From positions 1 to 53,871 of IMG/VR virus record IMGVR_UViG_2718218453_000001: a stretch of DNA of 53,871 nt; one strand, 5' to 3'. Within the stretch, counting starts at the first letter, position 1. Each line of letters starts with the position of its first letter. The stretch is from a virus. Lineage: Duplodnaviria; Heunggongvirae; Uroviricota; Caudoviricetes. This document shows positions 38,703-47,243 of the stretch, piece by piece. The position numbers and the translations under genes are program-made. The notes beneath the pieces were generated by a model. That model ran no database searches, was not told the DNA's origin, and worked only from the letters and a program-made list of their open reading frames with translations.

Positions 38703-39096
38703 AGCGGTGCCTTATGTCCGCAATAACCCGGACAAACTGCATCTGTTTGTGGATAACGGTTCGCTGGTTGCTACAGGGGCCAGCTCCATGTCATGGGAGT
38801 ATCGTTACACCCTGAACGTGGTGGTTGAGGATTTCAGCGGCGACCAGAATCTGTTGATGGCCCCGGTTTTGCTGTGGCTGCGGGATAACCAGCCCGATGC
38901 CATCAATAACCCGGCGTTACGGGAAAAGCTATTCACCTTTGAGGTGGATATTCTGCGCAACGATGTCTGTGATATCAGCCTTAACCTGCAACTGACGGAA
39001 CGTGTGCTGGTCAGCACTAACGGCAGTGTGTCGAGCGTTGAAGCTGTAGCAGAACCCGATGAACCTGAAGAAATGTGGACGGTGAAACGTGGCTGA
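38665..39096 (+). CDS. R: Tail completion protein gpR
   Basis: GTG start with AGGAG RBS; P2 R position. Confidence 0.75.
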   Translation: MNKPQSLRHALNKAVPYVRNNPDKLHLFVDNGSLVATGASSMSWEYRYTLNVVVEDFSGDQNLLMAPVLLWLRDNQPDAINNPALREKLFTFEVDILRNDVCDISLNLQLTERVLVSTNGSVSSVEAVAEPDEPEEMWTVKRG

Positions 39097-39538
39097 ACTG
39101 CAGAAGGTGGACGACTGGCTGAGTGCCTTGCTGGCGAATCTGGAACCAGCCACGAGAAGCCGCATGATGCGCCAGCTGGCGCAGGAACTGCGCCGGACAC
39201 AGCAGCAGAATATCAGGATGCAGCGCAATCCAGATGGCAGCAGTTATGAACCGCGCAGGGTAACAGCACGCAGCAAAAAAGGCCGCATCAAACGTCAGAT
39301 GTTTGCAAAGCTGCGCACCACAAAATACCTGAAAACTGCCGCCAGCGCCGGCTCTGCCAGCGTACAGTTTGAAGGCAAGGTGCAGCGTATTGCCCGTGTT
39401 CACCATTACGGCCTGCGCGATCGCGTTAGCCGTAACGGCCCAGAAGTGCGCTATGCGGTGAGGAAGTTGTTGGGTATCAACGAAGAAGTGGAAACTTTAA
39501 CTCAAGACATATTATTAATGTGGATATCCAGGAAGTAA
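39089..39538 (+). CDS. S: Tail completion protein gpS
   Basis: 149 aa; P2 S position. Confidence 0.8.
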   Translation: MAELQKVDDWLSALLANLEPATRSRMMRQLAQELRRTQQQNIRMQRNPDGSSYEPRRVTARSKKGRIKRQMFAKLRTTKYLKTAASAGSASVQFEGKVQRIARVHHYGLRDRVSRNGPEVRYAVRKLLGINEEVETLTQDILLMWISRK

Positions 39539-39650
39539 TATTAGGTGATAAGGGAATGCGTAGACTCTTGCTAATTCCATGATCTTTCTCTTATTTTTTA
39601 ATGCCGTGATCTGATACATTGCCCTCTAGAGTTTGAGTTAGGAGGGTGTT

Positions 39651-40451
39651 ATGTCTGAAAAGTTAATTTTTTTATCCCATATAACAGAAGAAAAAGAATT
39701 AGCGAAAATAATCAAAGATGCAATTGAAGACGAGTTTTCTGGATTCGTTGAAGTGTTTGTATCGTCAGATGGGAATACAATTAAAGCCGGTCAAAATTTC
39801 TTAAATGTTATTGAAAATGGGTTAGTAAATTGTATTGCTGCTATTTATCTGATAAGCCCAGAATCTGTCCAGAGAAGCTGGATTAGTTTTGAGTTAGGGG
39901 CTGTATGGGTTAGAAATGCTATCAGCCGGCAAAACGGCGGGCCAGAAATCCCTGCTATTCCTTTTTGCCACTCGGATATGACGTTTAGAGACTTGCCCCA
40001 ACCTATCTGTAATCTAAATGGTATTGAAGCAAACCGATCTCATTCCTTGGAGTTTGCATTTAAGTCGATTCAGACCGCTGTTGGAGGAAAAGGACGATTG
40101 AGAACTGATTTTGATGTTCTTGCCGAGAAAGTTAACATTTTTGAGAGAGATTATACAGTCTTCAAAAGTATAGGCGAAATTCTCGGTTTAATTGGTGTAG
40201 ATAGCCAGCGTCGCGCACAATTAGTTCAGCTTGTTAATAGTTCAGCAGAGAATGAAGTTATAATTAAAACTGATACTAGGCAGGATTCAGCAGATATAAT
40301 ATTTAAATTAGTTGATACTAAGTTAAGTCATTTCGCTAAATATAAAGTAACATCTTCTGGTTTAGGTATGGGACTTCAAGGCGCTTCTCCTTTCTGTGAA
40401 TTTGAATTGAGAATGGATCGGAAAATACTCAGTGATTACTTGGCTCGATAG
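39651..40451 (+). CDS. TIR-domain-like protein (cargo in S-V slot)
   Basis: AT-rich 266 aa; N-terminal IFLSHITEEKELAKIIKDAIED...VEVFVSS...ISPESVQRSWISFELG resembles TIR motifs including a conserved Glu; AGGAGGG RBS. Confidence 0.65.
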   Translation: MSEKLIFLSHITEEKELAKIIKDAIEDEFSGFVEVFVSSDGNTIKAGQNFLNVIENGLVNCIAAIYLISPESVQRSWISFELGAVWVRNAISRQNGGPEIPAIPFCHSDMTFRDLPQPICNLNGIEANRSHSLEFAFKSIQTAVGGKGRLRTDFDVLAEKVNIFERDYTVFKSIGEILGLIGVDSQRRAQLVQLVNSSAENEVIIKTDTRQDSADIIFKLVDTKLSHFAKYKVTSSGLGMGLQGASPFCEFELRMDRKILSDYLAR

Positions 40452-40463
40452 TTTCTATTACCT

Positions 40464-40481
40464 TGTGTGAGGTGCCACACA
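40464..40481 (+). promoter_or_regulatory. Late promoter dyad TGT-N12-ACA upstream of V
   Basis: TGTGTGAGGTGCCACACA; a hairpin gcctgcca/tggcaggc with T-run follows at 40500-40524. Confidence 0.45.
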
Positions 40482-40527
40482 ATTCCCTATATTACTAAAG
40501 CCTGCCAATTTCTGGCAGGCTTTTTCT

Positions 40528-41106
40528 ATGAACGCACAATTAACCGAAATCATGCGCCTTATCACCAACCTGATCCGCACTGGGGTAGTCACCGAAGTGG
40601 ACAGGGAAAACTGGCTTTGCCGGGTGAAAACGGGCGAGCTTGAAACCAACTGGATCAGCTGGCTGACGCTGCGTGCCGGGAATGCCCGCACATGGTGGCG
40701 ACCATCGGAAGGTGAGCAGGTGGTGCTGCTGAGTCTGGGCGGAAATCTGGAAACCGCCTTTGCGTTGCCCGCTGTCTATTCGAATCAGTTCGCGCCACCG
40801 TCGACGTCGGCAGACGCCTGCGTGACAGAACATCCTGACGGCGGCTGGTTTGAATACGAGCCCACCACCGGGCGCTGGTATGTCAGAGGCATCAAATCCA
40901 TGGTCATTGAGGCTGCCGACAACATCACCCTGAAAACCTGTGAGTTTGTGCTGGAGGCTGACCGCACGCGTATTAACAGCGAAGTGGTGATCAATGGTGG
41001 CGTTACCCAGGGCGGCGGTGCGATGAGTTCTAACGGGATTGTGGTTGATGCGCATCAGCATACTGGCGTCCTGAAAGGCGGCGATACAACCGGAGGCCCG
41101 GTATGA
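40528..41106 (+). CDS. V: Baseplate spike gpV
   Basis: Strong similarity to P2 gpV as recalled (WISWLTLRAGNARTWWRPSEGEQV). Confidence 0.9.
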   Translation: MNAQLTEIMRLITNLIRTGVVTEVDRENWLCRVKTGELETNWISWLTLRAGNARTWWRPSEGEQVVLLSLGGNLETAFALPAVYSNQFAPPSTSADACVTEHPDGGWFEYEPTTGRWYVRGIKSMVIEAADNITLKTCEFVLEADRTRINSEVVINGGVTQGGGAMSSNGIVVDAHQHTGVLKGGDTTGGPV

Positions 41107-41462
41107 CGCTTTATAGCGGGATGAACAATACCAGCGGCAAAGTCATTACTGATATTGATCATCTGCGCCAGTCGGTGCGGGACATTCTGCTGACACCGCA
41201 GGGTAGCCGCATTGCCCGCCGGGAATATGGTTCCCTCCTGTCGGTTTTAATAGATCAGCCACAAAATCCGGCATTACGCCTGCAGGTCATGTCGGCAGTG
41301 TATGTGGCGCTGAGTCGCTGGGAGCCACGGCTGACGCTGGATTCCATCACCATCAACAGCAACTTTGACGGTTCTATGGTGGTGGAGCTGACCGGGCGGC
41401 GGAATAACGGTGTGCCTGTGTCCCTTTCCGTATCAACAGGAGCAGAGAATGGCAGTGATTGA
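41103..41462 (+). CDS. W: Baseplate protein gpW
   Basis: 119 aa; P2 W position. Confidence 0.85.
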   Translation: MTLYSGMNNTSGKVITDIDHLRQSVRDILLTPQGSRIARREYGSLLSVLIDQPQNPALRLQVMSAVYVALSRWEPRLTLDSITINSNFDGSMVVELTGRRNNGVPVSLSVSTGAENGSD

Positions 41463-42357
41463 CCTTTCGCAGTTGCCTGCACCGCAGATTGTGGATGTGC
41501 CGGACTTTGAGACGCTGCTTGCCGAACGCAAAGCAGAATTTGTGGCGCTTCATCCGAAAGATGAGCAGGAAGCCGTGATCCGCACGCTGGAACTGGAATC
41601 TGAACCCGTCACTAAATTGTTGCAGGAGAACGCTTACCGTGAGTTGCTTCTGCGCCAGCGCATTAACGAAGCCGCGCAGGCGGTGATGGTGGCTTACGCG
41701 ATGGGCGGCGATCTTGACCAGCTCGCTGCTAACTACAACGTGACACGCCTGACGGTGACGCCTGCTGATAATGATGCTGTGCCGCCCGTTGCAGCTGTGA
41801 TGGAAAGCGATGAAGCGTTACGCCTGCGTGTGCCTGCAGCCTTTGAAGGGCTTTCTGTTGCGGGGCCCACTGCAGCTTATGAATTTCATGCCCGAAGCGC
41901 CGACGGTCGGGTGGCGGATGCCAGTGCAACCAGTCCGGCTCCTGCAGAGGTGGTGCTTACGGTCCTAAGCCGTGAAGGCGACGGAACAGCAGAAAAAGAC
42001 TTGCTGGATGTGGTGGAGAAAGCTCTGAACAGTGAGAACGTCCGCCCGGTTGCTGACCGTCTTACGGTTCGCAGCGCAGAAATCATCCCGTATCGCGTGG
42101 AAGCCACCATTTTTCTCTATCCGGGACCGGAAGCAGAGCCGGTAATGGCAGCGGCAAAAGCCAGTCTGCAGAAGTACATTGCCAGCCAGACGAGGCTTGG
42201 TCGGGATATTCGCCGTAGCGCCATCTTTGCTGCTCTGCATGTTGAGGGTGTTCAACGTGTGGAACTGGCTTCTCCGCTGGCGGATGTGGTCCTGAACAAA
42301 ACACAGGCGGCATCATGTACGCAGTGGAGCGTAACCAACGGAGGAACGGATGAATAG
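41449..42357 (+). CDS. J: Baseplate protein gpJ
   Basis: 302 aa from ATG 41449 with AGGAG RBS, same size as P2 J. Confidence 0.9.
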   Translation: MAVIDLSQLPAPQIVDVPDFETLLAERKAEFVALHPKDEQEAVIRTLELESEPVTKLLQENAYRELLLRQRINEAAQAVMVAYAMGGDLDQLAANYNVTRLTVTPADNDAVPPVAAVMESDEALRLRVPAAFEGLSVAGPTAAYEFHARSADGRVADASATSPAPAEVVLTVLSREGDGTAEKDLLDVVEKALNSENVRPVADRLTVRSAEIIPYRVEATIFLYPGPEAEPVMAAAKASLQKYIASQTRLGRDIRRSAIFAALHVEGVQRVELASPLADVVLNKTQAASCTQWSVTNGGTDE

Positions 42358-42955
42358 TCTGCTGCCACCGGGTTCAACTTCACTGGAGCGCCGACTGGCG
42401 CAAACCTGTAGCGGGATTTCTGATCTGCAGGTGCCGCTGCGTGACTTGTGGAATCCGGCTGCCTGTCCGGTCAGCTTCCTGCCTTATCTCGCCTGGGCGT
42501 TCTCTGTGGATCGCTGGGACGAGGGCTGGACAGAAAGCGTCAAACGCCAGGTGGTGAAGGATGCTTTTTATATTCATCAGCATAAAGGAACCACCAGTGC
42601 CGTGCGGCGGGTGGTGGAACCGTTCGGATTCCTGATCCGCATTATTGAGTGGTGGCAGACCGGAGAAACACCGGGCACGTTTCGCCTGGATATCGGCGTG
42701 CAGGACCAGGGCATCACTGAAGATACCTATCTGGAACTTGAGCGGCTGATAAGCGATGCCAAACCATGTAGCCGTCACATGATCGGCATGTCCATCAATC
42801 TGCAGACCAGCGGTCCGCATTGGGTGGGGGCCGCCAGCTATCTTGGCGAAGAAATCACGATCTATCCGTATATCAACGAAACAATTATTTCTGGCGGCAC
42901 CGCGCATGAAGGCGGGGCGGTCCATGTTATTGACACAATGAGAGTGAATCCATGA
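42350..42955 (+). CDS. I: Baseplate protein gpI
   Basis: 201 aa; P2 I position. Confidence 0.85.
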   Translation: MNSLLPPGSTSLERRLAQTCSGISDLQVPLRDLWNPAACPVSFLPYLAWAFSVDRWDEGWTESVKRQVVKDAFYIHQHKGTTSAVRRVVEPFGFLIRIIEWWQTGETPGTFRLDIGVQDQGITEDTYLELERLISDAKPCSRHMIGMSINLQTSGPHWVGAASYLGEEITIYPYINETIISGGTAHEGGAVHVIDTMRVNP

Positions 42956-44535
42956 GCACAAAATTTTATACCCTGCTGACGGATATTGGCGCGGCGAAAC
43001 TTGCCAGCGCCGCCGCACTCGGTGTGCCGTTAAAAATTACCCATATGGCGGTAGGCGATGGCGGCGGAACATTACCAACGCCGGATGCAAAGCAGACTGC
43101 ACTGGTAAATGAGAAACGCCGGGCTGCGCTGAATATGCTCTATATCGACCCGCAAAACAGCAGCCAGATTATTGCTGAACAGGTGATCCCTGAAAACGAG
43201 GGTGGTTGGTGGATACGTGAAGTGGGCCTGTTTGATGAATCCGGGGCATTAATTGCCGTGGGCAACTGCCCGGAAAGCTATAAGCCGCAACTGGCTGAAG
43301 GCAGCGGGCGCACCCAGACCGTGCGCATGGTGCTGATTACCAGCAGTACGGACAATATCACCCTGAAAATTGACCCTGCCGTAGTGCTGTCAACCCGCAA
43401 GTATGTGGATGACAAAATATCAGAGCACGAACAGTCACGACGTCACCCGGACGCCTCGCTGACCGCAAAAGGTTTTACTCAGTTAAGCAGTGCGACCAAC
43501 AGTGAATCCGAAATACTGGCCGCAACACCGAAGGCTGTGAAGGCTGCATATGATCTTGCAGCAGGTAAAGCATCCGCCAGTCACACACACCCGTGGAGCC
43601 AGATAACGGATGTGCCTGCAGCTTCACTGACGGTAAAAGGTACCGTGCAACTCAGCAGCGCCACTAACAGCACGTCAGAAACGCAGGCTGCCACACCAAA
43701 AGCTGTGAAGGCTGTATATGACCTTGCCAATGGAAAACAACCTGCCGACGCCACACTGACCGCACTGGCAGGCCTTGCCACTGCGGCAGACAAACTTCCG
43801 TATTTTACGGGGAATGATACAGCCAGCCTGACAACCCTGACTAACGTTGGACGGAATATTCTGGATAAAGCAAGCACACAGGCGGTTATTCAATATCTTG
43901 GTCTGAGCGATGCAAGTGGATACGTTGGACGCTGGCTGAATACCCGGGTTTTCACCTCATCAGGTACGTACACACCGACGCCAGGAACAAAACGGATCAG
44001 GGTTACAATAACGGGCGGCGGTGGCGGAGGGGGCGGCTGCAAGGCTACATCCAATAATGAAACGTTTTTCGGTGCTGGCGGTGGGGCCGGTGGAACAATA
44101 ATTTCAATAATGACCCCGACACAGAATAGTTATCCAGTCACTATCGGCGCAGGTGGGGCCGGTGGTGTTAGTGCGACGAACGGCACCAGTGGCGGGAATA
44201 GCGTATTCGCATCGTTAATTGCTCCTGGTGGCGCAGGTGGCGGGAAAGTGGGAGTTACAAACACAAACGGCGGTAACGGAGGTGTGCCGAGTACTGGCGA
44301 TATCCGCATCACTGGTGGAAATGGAGGCGACGGTCAGTCCGGAAATATCGGCGTCAGCGGTGAAGGCGGAACATCGCACTGGGGCGGCGGTGGACGCGCA
44401 GGCGCTGGCGGTGGTGTTAGTGGTAAGGCATATGGTTCAGGTGGCGGTGGCGCATACGATGCCGGTTATAGCGGAACCAGTATGACAGGCGGGAAAGGTG
44501 CCGCTGGGATTTGTATTATCGAGGAGTTTGCATAA
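42952..44535 (+). CDS. H: Tail fibre protein gpH with Gly-rich C-terminal tip
   Basis: 527 aa; tandem SSATNS...AATPKAVKA.YDLA repeats; C-terminal poly-Gly motifs. Confidence 0.85.
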   Translation: MSTKFYTLLTDIGAAKLASAAALGVPLKITHMAVGDGGGTLPTPDAKQTALVNEKRRAALNMLYIDPQNSSQIIAEQVIPENEGGWWIREVGLFDESGALIAVGNCPESYKPQLAEGSGRTQTVRMVLITSSTDNITLKIDPAVVLSTRKYVDDKISEHEQSRRHPDASLTAKGFTQLSSATNSESEILAATPKAVKAAYDLAAGKASASHTHPWSQITDVPAASLTVKGTVQLSSATNSTSETQAATPKAVKAVYDLANGKQPADATLTALAGLATAADKLPYFTGNDTASLTTLTNVGRNILDKASTQAVIQYLGLSDASGYVGRWLNTRVFTSSGTYTPTPGTKRIRVTITGGGGGGGGCKATSNNETFFGAGGGAGGTIISIMTPTQNSYPVTIGAGGAGGVSATNGTSGGNSVFASLIAPGGAGGGKVGVTNTNGGNGGVPSTGDIRITGGNGGDGQSGNIGVSGEGGTSHWGGGGRAGAGGGVSGKAYGSGGGGAYDAGYSGTSMTGGKGAAGICIIEEFA

Positions 44536-44948
44536 TGAATGCGTCATATGCAGTTATTGAAAATGGGATGGTTGTGAATGTCATTGTCTGGGATGGCGAG
44601 GCTGAATTCACAGTGCCGGATAATCAGCAGCTCATTAATATTTCTGATATCAGTGAGCAGCCCGGAATCGGCTGGGCGTATTCAGACGGGGTATTTACTG
44701 CGCCGCTCCCTCCGGAACGTTCTCATGATGAACTGGTAGCTGACGCTGAACAGAAAAAACAGTCGCTGATAGACGCAGCAATGGTCAATATCAGCGTGAT
44801 TCAGTTAAAGCTGCAGGCCGGGCGCAAACTGACGCAAGAGGAAACTACCCGACTTAACGTTGTGCTGGATTATATCGAGGCTGTGACGGCAACAAATACC
44901 AGCACCGCACCTGATATTATTTGGCCTGTTTTCCCTGCAAGCAGATAA
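44535..44948 (+). CDS. G: Tail fibre assembly chaperone gpG
   Basis: ATG 44535 with GAGGAG RBS overlapping H stop. Confidence 0.8.
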   Translation: MNASYAVIENGMVVNVIVWDGEAEFTVPDNQQLINISDISEQPGIGWAYSDGVFTAPLPPERSHDELVADAEQKKQSLIDAAMVNISVIQLKLQAGRKLTQEETTRLNVVLDYIEAVTATNTSTAPDIIWPVFPASR

Positions 44949-44960
44949 ATACCGTCATTT

Positions 44961-44978
44961 TGTGTGAATAACGGTACA
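44961..44978 (+). promoter_or_regulatory. Late promoter dyad TGT-N12-ACA upstream of FI
   Basis: TGTGTGAATAACGGTACA, centre about 85 nt upstream of the FI ATG. Confidence 0.5.
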
Positions 44979-45054
44979 ACTGCGCTTAGCTGCTTGTCAG
45001 ACACAATCACTTCAACATAGGGCGAAGCCTAATCCAATCAGGAGGTTCGCCACT

Positions 45055-46227
45055 ATGGCTCAGGATTACCACCACGGAGTGCGCGTTGTTGAAGTCAACG
45101 AAGGCACTCGATCCATTACCACGGTGAGCACCGCCATCGTGGGCATGGTCTGCACGGGCGATGATGCCGATGCAAAAATGTTCCCTCTTAATAAACCCGT
45201 GCTGATCACTGATGTGCTTACTGCCAGCGGTAAGGCGGGTGAATCCGGTACGCTGGCCCGTTCGCTGGATGCCATCGCTGACCAGGCAAAACCCGTGACC
45301 GTTGTTGTGCGTGTGCCGCAGGGTGAAACGGAAGAAGAAACCACGACCAATATCATCGGCGCAGTGACTGCTGAAGGTAAAAAAACTGGTATGAAAGCCC
45401 TGTTATCTGCCCAGTCACAGCTCGGTGTTAAACCGCGCATTCTCGGCGTGCCGGGGCACGATAATAAAGCCGTTGCTACTGAGTTGCTGGGCGTGGCGCA
45501 AAGCCTGCGTGGGTTTGCTTACCTGTCAGCGTATGGCTGCAAGACGGTGCAGGAGGCGATCACTTACCGTAAAAACTTCAGTCAGCGTGAAGGGATGCTG
45601 ATTTGGCCTGACTTTACTGGCTGGGACACGGTGCTGAATGCCGACGCAACGGCATATGCCACCGCCCGTGCGCTTGGTCTGCGTGCCAAAATTGATGAGC
45701 AGACCGGATGGCACAAAAGCCTGTCCAACGTGGGCGTGAACGGTGTCACCGGAATTTCTGCTGATGTGTTCTGGGATCTGCAGGACCCGGCAACTGATGC
45801 GGGACTACTTAACCAGAACGATGTTACCACACTTATCCGCAAAGACGGCTTTCGCTTCTGGGGTTCCCGCTGCCTGAGTGATGACCCACTCTTTGCCTTC
45901 GAAAACTACACCCGCACGGCGCAGGTGCTGATGGACACGATGGCAGAAGCGCCAATGTGGGCGGTCGACAAACCGCTGAATCCGTCGCTGGCCCGCGACA
46001 TTATCGAAGGTATCCGCGCCAAAATGCGCAGCCTGATCAGTCAGGGCTATCTCATTGGTGGCGATTGCTGGCTGGATGAGTCGGTGAACGACAAAGACAC
46101 TCTGAAAGCTGGAAAACTCACCATCGACTACGACTACACACCAGTGCCGCCACTTGAAAACCTGATGCTGCGTCAGCGCATCACCGATCAGTACCTGGTG
46201 AATTTCTCCAGCCAGGTCAGCGCGTAA
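45055..46227 (+). CDS. FI: Tail sheath protein FI
   Basis: 390 aa, AGGAGG RBS. Confidence 0.9.
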   Translation: MAQDYHHGVRVVEVNEGTRSITTVSTAIVGMVCTGDDADAKMFPLNKPVLITDVLTASGKAGESGTLARSLDAIADQAKPVTVVVRVPQGETEEETTTNIIGAVTAEGKKTGMKALLSAQSQLGVKPRILGVPGHDNKAVATELLGVAQSLRGFAYLSAYGCKTVQEAITYRKNFSQREGMLIWPDFTGWDTVLNADATAYATARALGLRAKIDEQTGWHKSLSNVGVNGVTGISADVFWDLQDPATDAGLLNQNDVTTLIRKDGFRFWGSRCLSDDPLFAFENYTRTAQVLMDTMAEAPMWAVDKPLNPSLARDIIEGIRAKMRSLISQGYLIGGDCWLDESVNDKDTLKAGKLTIDYDYTPVPPLENLMLRQRITDQYLVNFSSQVSA

Positions 46228-46236
46228 GGGGACAAC

Positions 46237-46752
46237 ATGGCTTTACCACGCAAATTAAAACACCTCAACCTGTTTAACGACGGGAACAACTGGCAGGGGA
46301 TCGTTGAGTCGCTGACGCTGCCGAAATTCACCCGCAAATATGAGAAGTATCGCGGTGGCGGAATGCCGGGTGCAGTGGATGTGGATTTGGGGCTGGATGA
46401 TAGTGCGCTGGACACAGAATTTTCCATTGGTGGTACTGAACTGCTGCTGTTTAAGCAGATGGGCAAAGTCACGGTGGATGGTATCCAGTTGCGCTTTACC
46501 GGCTCTATTCAGCGTGACGATACCGGGGAAGTGCAGGCCGTGGAGCTTGTGGTGCGTGGACGTCACAAAGAAGTGGATTCCGGCGAGTGGAAGACGGGCG
46601 AAAGCAACACCACCAAAGTGACCAGTACCAACAGCTACGCGAAGCTGACTATCAATGGTGAGGTGCTCTATGAAGTGGACCTTATCAACATGGTGGAAAT
46701 TGTGGACGGCGTGGACCTGATGGAAGCGCACCGCAACGCCCTCGGCCTCTGA
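46237..46752 (+). CDS. FII: Tail tube protein FII
   Basis: 171 aa. Confidence 0.9.
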   Translation: MALPRKLKHLNLFNDGNNWQGIVESLTLPKFTRKYEKYRGGGMPGAVDVDLGLDDSALDTEFSIGGTELLLFKQMGKVTVDGIQLRFTGSIQRDDTGEVQAVELVVRGRHKEVDSGEWKTGESNTTKVTSTNSYAKLTINGEVLYEVDLINMVEIVDGVDLMEAHRNALGL

Positions 46753-46806
46753 TGTATCTGAACGGCGCGGGATTCCGCGCCAGAACCCAATTGACAGGAC
46801 AGAAAA

Positions 46807-47109
46807 ATGAGCGATAAGCAGACTGAAAAGACTATTCAACTGGATACCCCTATCAAGCGCGGTAAAACGGAAATCACCGAAATTGTGCTGCGTAAACCGC
46901 AGTCCGGTGCGCTGCGCGGTACACGCCTGCAGGCCATTATGGATATGGATGTGAACGCGATGATGACCGTGATCCCCCGCATCTCCAGTCCGGCACTGAC
47001 TGCACAGGAAATTGCAGAGATGGACCCGGCAGATCTCACTGCCATGTCGGTTGAGGTTGTTACTTTTTTGTTGAAGAAGTCGGTGCTTGCCGGTTTACCG
47101 ACAGCCTGA
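46807..47109 (+). CDS. E: Tail assembly chaperone gpE
   Basis: 100 aa upstream of the tape measure gene. Confidence 0.85.
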   Translation: MSDKQTEKTIQLDTPIKRGKTEITEIVLRKPQSGALRGTRLQAIMDMDVNAMMTVIPRISSPALTAQEIAEMDPADLTAMSVEVVTFLLKKSVLAGLPTA

Positions 47110-47243
47110 CGGTTGACGATCTGGTGGCTGATATCGCCACCATCTTTCACTGGCCGCCATCCGTTACTGACGTTATGCCGCTGACCGAAGTGCTGGAATG
47201 GCGGTATAAAGCGATTCAGAGAAGCGGGGCCAACGATGAGTGA
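46807..47243 (+). CDS. gpE+E' produced by -1 programmed frameshift
   Basis: Slippery heptamer T TTT TTG at 47064-47070; the -1 frame stays open to TGA 47241-47243 (extension ...LTEVLEWRYKAIQRSGANDE). Confidence 0.65.

Noticed and set aside
43980-44500. G-rich DNA in the H gene as a possible G-quadruplex or regulatory repeat
   Set aside because: The G-runs are GGN glycine codons in frame within the tail fibre; coding explains the pattern.
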